The notes under the pieces are model-generated. The model ran no database searches. It was given only the letters and a program-made list of their open reading frames with translations, and was not told the DNA's origin. 64,000 nucleotides of DNA, from contig JASCQW010000098.1 of NCBI GenBank assembly GCA_030264375.1, forward strand, positions 53,524,996-53,588,995, written 5' to 3'. Below are positions 10,317-23,100 of this stretch, piece after piece; within the stretch, counting starts at the first letter, position 1; the number at the start of each line of letters is the position of its first letter. The position numbers and the translations under genes are program-made. Source of the stretch: Carcharhinus longimanus. Taxonomy: Eukaryota.

Positions 10317-11202
10317 ATCTCAGTTTCACTTACCTATTACAGCATCCTTACTTTGGACAGAAATAATTCAGCATGTTCATTGTGTTTACCAGGCAACAAT
10401 CAGTCCACTAGATTGGCACCAGCCTCTGTTATTTCCTTGGGTCAAACTAGAACAGGAGTGCAGGATTTTTCTTTCATTTTAAAACTTTATTGAAATATTT
10501 ATACAACTCTTCTTAAAAACAGTTTAGATAATCTCATTAGCAACATCCAATGCATCACAGTCTGGGGTTAGATAGACATAGGCTTACTTCTCATCTTTGG
10601 GCCTAATAAGAGTGTTGACTTTAGCGACATTAATATTATACAGTTTCTTGACAGCCTGTTTTATTTGGGGTTTATTGTTTTTGATGTCAATAATGAAAAC
10701 CAAGTATTGTCCTCAATTTTCTTCATCGTGGACTCGCAATTTGTTCCTTCTGGAAACACTCCCTCTGGGTGCTTGGGTTGCCTCCTCAGTTTGAACTTCT
10801 GGTCTCCCGCTGTCCTAATTTTCTTCTGCCTATGACTAGGAATTCCCTTCAAAATGGCCTTTATTTTCAAGACCTTGGATTTAGCTTCAGTCTTGGCTGG
10901 GACAGCTTCATTTTTCGCCTTTGGAGGAGTATTAGCTACTCAAAGTTTAATGGAGTCAATAAAACAACAAATATTAAAGCAGTGCAGCTATATGCAGAGG
11001 CACTCTTTAACTTGTCATCAATGAAAAGGCTTCATTTGTTTATTTGGAATTACTTACCAGTTTCTGCTAATTACTTGATATTCATTATTGCTTGTTTCAG
11101 TGTTTTTTAATTAAAGTCTGGCCAATTGTTTATAGTCTTCCTAGCTTGCAGTGTTTTGCCTGGTATACGAGATAGTTCTGTCATTCTACTAGCATATCTG
11201 AT

Positions 11203-11920
11203 GGACAGGATATTTTAGATGGTGTGGCTCCCCGCACTATCACTGAAAAAGTCAGCAGAGAATCCCAACTGAGGTAGATTACCCCATTTAATGCTCATGA
11301 CTGGAGACAGGACTTTCACCCCTTGCAAGGGGAGCATCCCATCTCATGGAGCAACTGGCCAATCTGATTGACCAGCAGCTCTGTAGTCCCAGCAGCATTT
11401 GGAGCTTTGGCTACTCCAGAGACTACAAGTTGTTCCCAAGTTCTAAGTGCTGGGAACCCAGGAAAAGTTAAGTCCTGGAGCCTTGCAATGGGGCAGGAGC
11501 TGAGGCTCTGAGATGGCAGGGTAGCTAAGGTGAGGATCATATTGGAAAGGTCAGAGTGGGGAATACCTGGGTGAAGATGCAGACCCCACAGGGCCCTGAT
11601 TAGAAAAGGGGGTCGGTGATGGAGGCACCCTCCTCACCTTTCCTATCCAAAGCCCTAGTCGGCTTACCTGCCAGGCCTCCCACTCCCTCGCCTCCTCCCA
11701 TTAGCCTAATAATTGCAGCTGGGCAGGAAGTGGCTCATATAGGTGATCAGTTAAGGGTCTCAACTGGGGCCTTCAGCAGCAACCCCACCCATCCCTTCCC
11801 CACACCACTAAATTTTCTGACAGGGTGCAGGTAGCTGCAATTCCAGGCCACAGAATGACTGCCTAGAAAATATTACGGGGCCTCCCACCTGCAAACCTGC
11901 TAGCAGGGGCCAGTTCTGTC
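11203..11920. mobile_element. Degraded GC-rich Harbinger-like non-autonomous element
   Basis: GC-rich island in AT-rich intron, starting GGACAGGATATTTT (TIR-like). Boundaries uncertain. Confidence 0.35.
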
Positions 11921-12375
11921 CTGTGTCCCTCCAACAACAATGCAATATTGATTAATATTTATTGCAGTCAGTCAGCCTTACGCTCGCCTTCTGCTTCTCT
12001 CAGATGGAACATTTTATTCAAGAGTTGCTTACATTTTAAATATTTTAGAGGAACTACTTTAATTTTCTTCCATTCAACGTAGAAGACATTTTCAAAATGC
12101 AATAGGTGTTAAGTGCATTATTCCTAACACCTGGAAGCTGAGCTGTCACATTGCTACACCCCTGCTGACAGAATATTTCCCGCGTCTATAAATAAGAAAT
12201 CTACAGAATTTGAGATATCTCCAAAAACAATTCTGCATTGTAATGAAGCAAATTGAGGACAAGACTTGAACTCTACAACAAATATGTGTGAAACGTTGGA
12301 ATGTTATGATAAATCTGGGATTAACAGTGAAAATTCTTGAACAATTCTGAAAAGGATCAGGTGCAGTGTACATGC

Positions 12376-12580
12376 TACAAATTTAAATATGACAATATGA
12401 CCGGTACTCATCATGAAAAAGTGTTGTTTCTGCACTCTAAAAAAATGAAGTGTTGAATTTACTGAACCAACTCAGCTTAGTGGAACCAGTTGGCATAACT
12501 TGGTTAAGTAAATTCAACACGTCATGTTTTAGAGTGCATAAACAGGTCTTTTCACCAGTTTGGTCATATTTAAATGTGTA
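12376..12580. repeat. Long imperfect palindrome (possible MITE relic)
   Basis: TACAAATTTAAATATGAC pairs with GTCATATTTAAATGTGTA. TGCACTCTAAAA..TGAAGTGTTGAATTTACTGAACCAA pairs with TTGGTTAAGTAAATTCAACACGTCATGTTTTAGAGTGCA. Confidence 0.8.
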
Positions 12581-13082
12581 ATGTGTAACTAGTTGTTAGT
12601 ATAAAAGTTTTTTAGTTCTTGNNNNNNNNNNAGTTAAGGAATAGTGAGAAATATTTTCATATTCAACCAAATAACTATATAAATAAATAACATAACAGTG
12701 GTTTGAAATGTAATCTTTCATCTCTTCTTTCATCCTTTGGCCAATGAAGTAAAGATCTTTAGAAAGTTCTGAATGACTAACTAAAATTGAGTTTGACTGT
12801 TTTTTCTTTAACTGCTGAATTTTCTTACTGTGACAACTGCTCAACTAATCAGTGAATTATTGTTTTGTTAATATAGTTGTGTTTGAAAAATGCAGCCATT
12901 GTGTACTATGTAACTGTTTGAATCTTTCAGATTTTGAGAATGGAATGATTGATTCTTTTGCTGGGCAAATACAATCAACACATTAAGTGCAAATATCAAT
13001 GCTGTTGGCCCACATTTTTAACAAAAAATGAAGAAAATAGCTTTGAAAACCCTGATTTGCATGTTTAATTTTTGTCTTACAG

Positions 13083-13239
13083 GGAGCCAAGAAAATTTGT
13101 GCTGCACAGGGGATCCAGTGGATTAGGCTTTAACATTGTTGGGGGTGAAGATGGTGAAGGAATATTCATTTCATTCATCCTGGCAGGTGGCCCAGCAGAT
13201 CTCAGTGGCGAGCTGCGAAGAGGTGACCAAATTCTATCA
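13083..13239 (+). CDS. DLG2: DLG-family MAGUK exon, PDZ3 N-terminal part (157 nt, phase 2 to 0)
   Basis: Acceptor ttttgtcttacag, donor TCA|gtaagt. Encodes [52 protein letters not shown], including the GLGF loop. The DLG family call is near certain. DLG2 is inferred from GDQILS-VNGIDLR...LKGAGQ and the very large introns. Confidence 0.93.
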
Positions 13240-16200
13240 GTAAGTCATTTTTTGTTGGTGCAAGGTAAACCGATCTTTAATTGCTCCTATCACACAATAA
13301 TAGTTGGAGCTTTTCCATTATAACCTAAAGAGAAATGTTGCACGAAGTATGCCAAGGATGGAATTTTAGACTAAAATTAGTTCACACCCAATATTATAAA
13401 CCACCACAACAAATATTGATGAGCAGGAGGATCACACAAAATTGCTTGTCTTCTATCACTGGGATATGACTGGGGTGCAAAGGATGACAATTGCACCCTG
13501 AGAAACAATGTGCCAACTCTGGGAAAGATGAAGATCAGGCAGGGGGAAAAAGCAACAATGAGCCTGGGTAGCGGAGAAGACAACCAGATGGAATGAATTA
13601 ATGGCGGATGGCAGCAGCCTGCAGTTTTAATGTGGAATTGGAATGAACACTTCCAATTCTGGAGGCAGTCTCAGCTACTCTAAACCTGAGAAAATTGACG
13701 CAATACACATGATACATGCTGTAGTCAGACACCAACCGATGTTGGGAAGAGGTCTGAAATAGGCATTTGGCCTCCAATTTTCAGGGAGGGAGGGAGTGTG
13801 ACTTGTACTATCACAGAACACTCAACCCAATATGACATAAGGCACCTAGCTGGTGGGGAATGAATCCTGCACAGTGCAGTGTACATTGTTTGCCTGTAAA
13901 ATATGTTCTGCACAATCCAATTTCTAGTTTTTGCTCTTGCATTTTGATCATTCCTTTCTGATTATATCCTTTTAAAAAAATTTTACTATCTTAAATTGTG
14001 TTTCATAATTATTATCAATGCATTACATTTAAATTTCTTAATATGTAAGTGCACACGGATGTATGAGACTTTGAAATATTTTGTTATACTACATCAAAGC
14101 TGCTTTATAAAGTTGTTGCTGTTGTTAAGACATTATGAGAATATTGAATAGATGGAAGTGAATTACAAAATACAGATCACAGATGATGATGGTAAATCAC
14201 AAACAAAGCAGTCATTTATTAGTAATTTTATCCCTAAAAAATGATTGTTGACAGTAATCTTCAATTATCCATGCAACAGGACTTTTAAAATATTATCACA
14301 TGGATTAGTCTGTTATTTGCTATCATGAAGTATTGTGTTACAATTTAGAGTCTCAGTCACAGTGAACTTAATTTGAATTCTGACATTGGATCACTGGGTT
14401 TTACCAGTAGAAAATGAATATGAAGATTATGAGTAAGGAAACATGCAATTCTTGTCCTTTTAATGGATATAGGATATAGTTTTTGACAATTATCGTTAAA
14501 GGCATCCTGTGATAAATGTTTTGCAGAGCTCAAAATGATGTGAAAGCATAATGTTTATATCTAGGAAGTGCAAATGTTTTGCTATTTATTGCTGGGAGTT
14601 GTTTTCCTTGATTATTTTCTTTGGTTCTCATTTTTGCATTCATTTTAAATTGTGAAAGCTAATGAGGATTTCCAAAAATTATGGTAAAATGGCTCACAAA
14701 AAAATTGCTCTACTTTTCTACTTCTGGCATTCAGAATTGGCAGCATTCAGCGTCTGTCTTGACTTCATCATGATTACTAAGATAGACTTCCAGCTGCATA
14801 TTCAGATATAATCTATTGGTCTGTAAAAAATACATGTATCTTTTTATTGCAAGGGAAAATTATCCATCTTTCTACTCCATCTATTTGAAAGTAAATTCAG
14901 CAGGAGCAGAACCTTTCTGGGGAATTGCTGATGCAGCCCACAAAAAGAGAGTAACTCATATAGTCTGTACTAAATGAGAGCTGCCTATTTCTTGTCCACT
15001 CCCAGCTGCCCTCACAATTGAATGTGAGAGAATATACACTATTGTTTAAACCTAAGTTACTTAGCTAGGCTGCCAAGGAAACTGATTTACCGAGGGTTGA
15101 CAGAATTTCAAATATAATCTCACTATTTTCTCATCTGGAAAAAGGAATTCAATTGAATTTGAAAGGAGATTTTTTTGGGACTGATGACTGCCAAAAGAGG
15201 GCAGCATTCAATCACACATGAATTTTGGTGTATTGTTTTCTTTTGATGATTGTTTATTTCTGTCGGTGACAGGAGTCCTTGGCATTCTGCATTAACAGCA
15301 ATTTACATTTTATATAACACTGCCAATATAGGAAAACATCCTTATGTGCCTCATAGAAGTACAATCAAATATAAACTAATGCGGAAGCTAGAGGAAGATA
15401 TCGGCATGGGTGGAAGAGGTGTGGAGAAAGTTCAGGGGAGCACAGGGAGGTGCGGTGGTAAGTAAGGGTGGGATGTTTTGGCCTCACTCTCCCCGAAACC
15501 GNNNNNNNNNNNNNNNNNNNNNNNNNNNNNNNNNNNNNNNNNNNNNNNNNNNNNNNNNNNNNNNNNNNNNNNNNNNNNNNNNNNNNNNNNNNNNNNNNNN
15601 NNNNNNNNNNNNNNNNNNNNNNNNNNNNNNNNNNNNNNNNNNNNNNNNNNNNNNNNNNNNNNNNNNNNNNNNNNNNNNNNNNNNNNNNNNNNNNNNNNNN
15701 NNNNNNNNNNNNNNNNNNNNNNNNNNNNNNNNNNNNNNNNNNNNNNNNNNNNNNNNNNNNNNNNNNNNNNNNNNNNNNNNNNNNNNNNNNNNNNNNNNNN
15801 NNNNNNNNNNNNNNNNNNNNNNNNNNNNNNNNNNNNNNNNNNNNNNNNNNNNNNNNNNNNNNNNNNNNNNNNNNNNNNNNNNNNNNNNNNNNNNNNNNNN
15901 NNNNNNNNNNNNNNNNNNNNNNNNNNNNNNNNNNNNNNNNNNNNNNNNNNNNNNNNNNNNNNNNNNNNNNNNNNNNNNNNNNNNNNNNNNNNNNNNNNNN
16001 NNNNNNNNNNNNNNNNNNNNNNNNNNNNNNNNNNNNNNNNNNNNNNNNNNNNNNNNNNNNNNNNNNNNNNNNNNNNNNNNNNNNNNNNNNNNNNNNNNNN
16101 NNNNNNNNNNNNNNNGACCCAGGAGGATTCAAGGAGATAGGACCAGAGTCCATGTGCCTCTCTGTTTCTACCATGCTGCAGAGAGAGGGTCCCCCAGGGT

Positions 16201-16714
16201 CTGGGAGTTGGATGCGCTTGGGCTGGGAGAAACCTTGCCACTGTCCCACGAGATGTAGTTCTCATGGCTGTACTGCCCCTTCTCGTCCTGGGAAAGGTTT
16301 TGTTTAGTTTCAGGATGGTGAATTCAGACACCATTCTGGCGTAAAATATTCATAATTATCTCCGTCCTCCAAAATCATTCAAGTTTCCTGGTCACTTTAA
16401 TCTTCATGCACCCTGGACAGCTAGAAGTCTTCCAAATCACCACACCACTCCATTTCAGCAGAAGAGATTCCCTCTTCTGTCTCTGTGGGGAGCTGCAGGT
16501 GTGAAAAGAACCCTTTCAAGTCCTTTGACTGACAGAAATCACTCACTTTCACTAGGAGGGGACTCCCTCAGGAGAGTTCACTCAGCCCAATTGTTTTAAC
16601 ACTATTTATTTCAAGTCTCTGAACCTTCATAGAAAGATAAGAGCCTTTGAAATACCTTCAAACCCTCTGATTGTTCCAGTCTATTTTAGTTCCATCCTTT
16701 TAACTCCCGATGGT

Positions 16715-16799
16715 GGGGGAGTTCAGAACTTGGGGTCATAGTTTGAGGGTAAAGGGTAAACCTTTTAGGACTGAGGTGAGGAGAAATTTCTTTACCCAG
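16715..16799 (+). mobile_element. CR1 LINE 3' fragment entering a gap
   Basis: RTWGHSLRVKGKPFRTEVRRNFFTQ, the CR1 C-terminal motif. Confidence 0.8.
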
Positions 16800-17047
16800 N
16801 NNNNNNNNNNNNNNNNNNNNNNNNNNNNNNNNNNNNNNNNNNNNNNNNNNNNNNNNNNNNNNNNNNNNNNNNNNNNNNNNNNNNNNNNNNNNNNNNNNNN
16901 NNNNNNNNNNNNNNNNNNNNNNNNNNNNNNNNNNNNNNNNNNNNNNNNNNNNNNNNNNNNNNNNNNNNNNNNNNNNNNNNNNNNNNNNNNNNNNNNNNNN
17001 NNNNNNNNNNNNNNNNNNNNNNNNNNNNNNNNNNNNNNNNNNNNNNT

Positions 17048-17258
17048 TCCCTGCTGCCATCAGACTTTTGAATGGACCTACCATATATTAAGTTGATCTT
17101 TCTCTACACCCTAGCTATGACTGCAACACTACATTTTGCACGCTTGTCTTTCCTTCTCCCTATGTACTCTATGAACGGTATGTTTTGTCTGTATATCGCA
17201 CAAGAAACAATATTTTTCACTATATACCAGTACATGTGACAATTATAAATCAAATCAA
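17048..17258 (+). mobile_element. Rex1/Babar LINE 3' end
   Basis: TTCCCTGCTGCCATCAGACTTTTGAATGG...TACATGTGACAATTATAAATCAAATCAA, the reverse complement of the 3251 copy's end. Confidence 0.85.
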
Positions 17259-19025
17259 GTTTTGTTAACTCAATTCTCTCGATTTGTTATCATCCAGCTG
17301 GGATGCCCCCAAATTGCTGTGCACTAGTAAGGAAGCATGAACTGGCTCCCTTTCTTTATTTAACCCCCTCTGCTGGTAGCAACAAAATTAAATCTAAAAG
17401 GATCCTTCCCCATCACCTATCCCTTTTCCCAATCTTAACATTTATGTTTTAAAAGGAGCCAATTTAACCAGGCATTTTTGTGTTGAAGATATAGTGAGGT
17501 TATTGTCTGCTAAAGGCAAAAAAATGGTAAAACACATTCATGTAGATTCATCCAGATTAGAAGAGGGAATTAGGTCCAAAGTAAGTAAAAAAAGTATACA
17601 AAACATTCTTGACTCATGAAGTGAAAATTATTGAGCATTGCCACTATTGAGATTCGAGATTGCAGTAATGCTGACTTCAGTGGGTGAAGAGTCGTTGTGT
17701 AATTCCAGTTTCAGCATATTAAAGACCAGGAATATGCCCCTTTTCAATCTGTTCTCCAATGAAAATAAATTCTATACTGAGCTTATTTTCCTTAAATTAG
17801 ATCTATAAGTGGCACAATATTACTATTTGTTGTTGGCACACCTGACTTGAAAGCATCAATATTCTTCTAAAGGTAGAATACTTCAAGTTACTATAAGTAT
17901 TTCAAACATAACTTCACAAATGATATGTGCAAAGTTCTGCGACTACTCAGTACTTGTTTTACTTCAATGATAATAGTTTCACGTCTATNNNNNNNNNNNN
18001 NNNNNNNNNNNNNNAAATGTAATTAGACAAATTGCTGATCTCTTAAAATATTGCACTATTTTGTAACTACTAAGGAATAATTTGAATGCAGATTTATACT
18101 TATAAAAACATGGACTTTACTACATGATCTTGCAATTTTGCGATTCCCATTTCAGAGTTTCATAATTCAAACAGTAAATAAAGGTTCAAATTGCATAAAA
18201 TTTCTAACCTCAAATTTAGAGTCTAGATAATGTTCAATCAGAAACACTAATGATGAATGCCCAGTTTTACAAGCTCAAACATTGAGCTTGATTGATGAAG
18301 GATATTTTAAGCTGTGTTGCTAGCTTACTGAAGTGGTTTCAGTGATTGCACGATAGTTCTCATGGTTTTTCCACAGTCATCATTTATCTCTGACAGTTCA
18401 TGAATTGTAGTAATATATGTGTAATGTATTTGTACAGGTTATGTTGAGAATCGTGGCTTTCAAAAATAAAGCCTTGAATGACACACTAATGGCAATTGGG
18501 ATTTAAGTGTTCTATTTTTGATAAATTGCCTAGTCTCTGCTGTGTATTTCCCAAATGTCTTCCTGCTGATATGGATTACTTTACTGGGGCAGGAGTAGAC
18601 TTGGTCACAGTCTAATTTTCACTCCTTTCATCACATTCCCATTGGCTCATGCCAAGAACAAACTGGAAGCAATCCTGTGGAACCTTCATGGCCAATATTT
18701 ATCTGTACAGATTCTCCACAGTAAGGATGTGTTTACACTTTATTGTGATCAGATCCATGCTGCATCATTGAGTAGTAACTCATTGCTCATCAATTAGCAT
18801 TGCCATTCCAGTGGTATGAATGACTAAGCTAAAGCTCACATTCTAAAAATATTTTTTGCAATAAATTTGTTAATCCTAATTTTGATTTTTCATCAGATTT
18901 TTTCAAATGTAACACCAGTCTGTTCATATATAACACTACACCACTTCTGCTACATGTTAGAACAAAAGTTGGATTCCCTTAGCTGAGGCTACTTAAATTA
19001 ACTGTTTTTGGTGTCTTGTGTGCAG

Positions 19026-19128
19026 GTAAATGGCATTGATTTGCGTGCTGCAACACATGAGCAGGCTGCACTAGCACTAAAGGGGGCAGGTCAGATTGTG
19101 ACTATGATTGCCCAATACAGACCTGAAG
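19026..19128 (+). CDS. DLG2: DLG-family MAGUK exon, PDZ3 C-terminal part (103 nt, phase 0 to 1)
   Basis: Acceptor gtcttgtgtgcag, donor GAAG|gtaaga. Encodes [34 protein letters not shown], in frame with the 13083 exon. Not in the ORF track. Confidence 0.93.
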
Positions 19129-20140
19129 GTAAGAACGTTGACCTGAACTGAAGTGCCTTTAAGGATGATTGCATTATTGATCTTAATACAATTCAACAAG
19201 TAAGTTTTGGACATGCATAGCCTTCATATTTAGAGTCCAGAGAGAAATTTAAAATAAACCTATATCACAGCAGAGTTGTATAAAGATTAAAGGATAAGTT
19301 TTAAAAAGCCCAAAATTGTGTGCTAATCACAGAACAGGCTTTGTTTTTCTGAAGTGGTTTCCATTGTTATTTTTCTTATTTTAACTTTAAGTCATTTTTC
19401 TAATGTGTGTTTAGTGTTTGAATTCAAAATATTGTGGAAACAGTAATTTAAATATTCATGATGGGTACCATCTAGTGTCACTGATGTCTGACGTACAAAG
19501 GACGTGATTCTTGGAATGGCACCAGGCCTCTGACAGCAGAGAAGAAATAACTTCCAAATTTTTTAATCTTCGTACTCAGTCAATTAATCAACGGATTAAT
19601 TTCAATTGTCTTTATCTTTGCTGGAAACTGCTCTTGATTATAGCAGACTGGATTCTGCTGGACCAATCCAGAATTCTTTTGGTGAAATCTCTGGACATGT
19701 TCTAATTGAAGGGACATAATTGGAACAAGCCTTACATCCCAATACAGTTTCATGTCAGAAATTAAATAGGACAAAATCTGACACTTCAAGGTCATACTTC
19801 AAATTTATAGCCCTGCCAGAAGAATTATGCTCCAACTGTACCTCTTTCCCTCACTTCTCCAGATATATCCTCTCATTAATTTAACTATAACAATTTCTTG
19901 AGTTCAGTAATTTCTGCTTTGTAACATGATTTGGTATTGAGACAATGTTGTGAATTATAAAATACATTTGTGCTTTTATCTCATATTATCTCAAACACTT
20001 AAAATAGCTATTGTGGGAAATGGAAATAATAATGCGGCAATAAATGCAGTTCTGCGTTTTGAGGTTCAGTTATATTATTAAAGCAGAATAAAGGAAAATT
20101 TGTCCATCCATCCATCTAAACAGGAAAATTATTAGGAAAC

Positions 20141-23100
20141 TGTGGTAACGTGGCCCCGTTAAAGAGTGATCCTTTGCGGGCCACACAATTAGGCTGAACC
20201 CTATAGAGCAGAGGCATGGGAAGCTGGGCCAGTCAGGAGCAAGAGCATGAGTCCTGTGATTGGGAGGACCTCAATTGGAACCAGGGAGAAAGAGAGAGTA
20301 GACCTGTGTATATGTTCTAAAATGTAAATAATTATTATAATTTAATAAACCCTTCATGTTGTTGGAGTCACATTAAGTCACCTCCAGTTATTACACTGGC
20401 AATGAGGAAAAACTCCATCAGGAGATCGCAGCATGCAGTTTGAGGGGGAAGTATATGATCATCGAAGCCAAGAAGAAAAAGGCCTAGACAGACTTAATAT
20501 GTCTTTAATAGGGAAAATAGAGCTATTTGATCCTGAAATTGAGAACTAGGGGTAATATATCGAAAGCTGCTGATTGAAACTAAAATCTCTTTGGAAAAAG
20601 CTGTAGAGGTAGCCGAAGAAACTATACGTGCTGAGTAAGGTATGAATGAATTACAAGACATGCCGAATGAGGTGAACCATTGTGGGGGAAATAGCTACTG
20701 CAAAGAACAGCTCCTGTGAGGTTGCAGAACAGCTATAGAGGGATAGCACAGCACCCGATTTGCAAGCATGTTTTGGTGTGGGGGATTGTACTCCCAGGAG
20801 ACATTCCGGTGCAAGCACTGCATTTTTGCTGCAAAACAGAAAGGGTAATTTACAGGCTTAGTGCAGAGCAAAGCAGACAGGACAGAACACACAAAAAAGA
20901 AAACAATGGTGAAGGCAATACCATTAAACCAACTGGCTGAGGAATCCAATAGGGGATTTGAAATTTAAATGTTAAACCAGGTCCAACTCAACAAAGTACT
21001 ACCTATCGAGATAGTCCTGATGGTCAATGGCAGACCTCTGAAGATAAAATTTGACACTGGGACCGCAGCCATGGTTATAAGTGAAAAAGTATTCAAATAC
21101 CTCCAGAAAGGGCTGCAACACCTGATATTGAGTTATTCTAAGGCCATTTCATCAACTTATATGGGAGTGATGCTGAAGACAGTAGGGACAGTTGAAGAAT
21201 TGGTATCTTATAGGAACCAAGCAGCACAGTTATCAGTTCTAGTGATTGAGAGTCCCAGACTTTGTCACGTGGATTGAAGCTAATTGAAACAGATAAAATT
21301 AGACTGGCTGGAGATATTGAATGTCCGGAATGGAAGTTTTCAAGAGCTCCGGTGCTGATACTCAAAAGTTTTCCAGAAAGAATTGAGCTGAACAAAAGGA
21401 GCAAAAGCCAAAATTTATTTAACCCCGATGTCACACCTAGGTTCTTTCAAGCCCACCGAGTGCTTTAAGCACTTCACCAAAAATTGGAAGTTGAGATACA
21501 AAGATTGGAAGATTTGGGTGTCATAAAATCAGTGCAGTTTTCTGAATGGATTGCACACACAGTTGATATTTTGAAGGCAGATCGCACTGTGAGAATATAA
21601 CTATTAATTGAGGAGCCCAAATGGATTGATACCACAATCTGACAACAGAGGGTCTCTTTGTAAAACTAGCAGAGGCCTTAGGTACACCAAGTTAAATCTT
21701 AGTTGTGCATGCTTGTGGCTGGAACTGGATGAAGACTCTCAAAAGTGGTCACCATTAAGACCCACAAAGGGGGTCAGTACGCTCATCTGCCGTTTTGGGG
21801 TCTCATCGGCCTGTGCCATTTTCCAGTGCACAATGGAAAGCTTGTGACAGTGAATCCCCAAAGTAATGGTATACTTGGATGATGTCCTGGTTACAGGAGT
21901 GTTCCCCGAGAGGCACAAGGCAAACCTGGAAAAGATCCTAAAGAGGTTTAAAGAAGCAGGCATCCACTTAAAACATGTGAAATGCACCTTTCAGGTGGAT
22001 GGGGACACAAAGCTTAGTTTCAAGGTTTGCATCCCCCCGAGGAGAAAGTAAGAACTATCAAAGAAGTGCCACAAACTTGGAATTTGACGGAGTTAAAATC
22101 TTTCCTGGAGATGGTAAATTATTATAGGACATTTCTGCAGAATGTGACCATGACTCTGGTCCCATTACACCAGCTACTGAAGAAGCATCAAAGATGAAAA
22201 CGGGGAAAAGCAAAAGGAGGAGTTTGCTAAAGTAAAGCAAGTCTTACAGTCATCAACACTACTTGTATATTTTGACTCAATGAACCATTGGTGTTTACTT
22301 GTGATGCAGCACCATATGGAGTGGGAGTAGCCCTATCCCACAAGATGTCAGAGTAGAGAGGCCAGTTGCATCCACATCAAGAATGCTGCCCTATGCTGAG
22401 AAGAAATACTATTGAACTGAGTCTTGCAGTAATCTATGCGGTGAGGTTTCACCTATATATGTATGAGAGGCACTTCACCATTGTATCAGATCACAAGCCT
22501 CTGTTAGGATTATTCTGAGAGAATAAGCTGTTGCTGCTGATTGCCTCTACAAGGGTACAGAGATGGGCTGCATACAGCTATTCTTTACAATAGGGACCAG
22601 GCATGCAAATTTTGAATGCAAATGTATCAGCGGCCTCCCTCTGCCACAGACTATTCCATCATCACCTGTGCCAGAAGAAATAGTGTTGACTTTGCATATG
22701 CTAGAGACATTGCCAGTCTCAGCTGCCAATATAAAGTCTTGGATTGAGAAGACTCTATTGCTGTCCAAAGTTAAGAATATGGTCTTACTATGTTGGCACT
22801 ATGGCAAGTTGGAGCAGATCAGACCTTAATCTACAGCATAGTATGGAGATAACACGTAAGGTTATTATGGGGAGTTCGTGCTATAGTGCTATCCTAGGGG
22901 CTGATGACTTTTACTACAGGAGTTGCATGATGCACACTCTGAGCAGAGCAGGATGAAATCACTGCCCGAACCTACATTTGGTGGCTTGGCATTGACAATG
23001 AAAAAGAATATTCAACCAGTGCCTGAATTGTCAAACCCAGCAGTAATTGCCGTTACCATTAAGTATGAATCCATGGAGTGTCCAGGCCGGTCATGGTCAT

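Noticed and set aside
11960-12030. Possible upstream DLG2 linker exon (ttgcag / ttctctcag acceptors)
   Set aside because: No suitable donor and no convincing similarity to the DLG linker.
13072-13323. 83-aa ORF as a stand-alone PDZ microprotein
   Set aside because: It is the 157-nt exon plus intronic read-through. It starts at a TTG in the polypyrimidine tract, and the PDZ domain continues at 19026.
15365-16334. Long ORFs of 220-313 aa here and at 52303-53244
   Set aside because: Their length comes from translating N gaps; the flanks show no protein similarity I recognise.
19463-19480. CTCF-like motif (TGACACTAGATGGTACCC on -)
   Set aside because: Mismatches at core positions; a chance match cannot be excluded without ChIP data.
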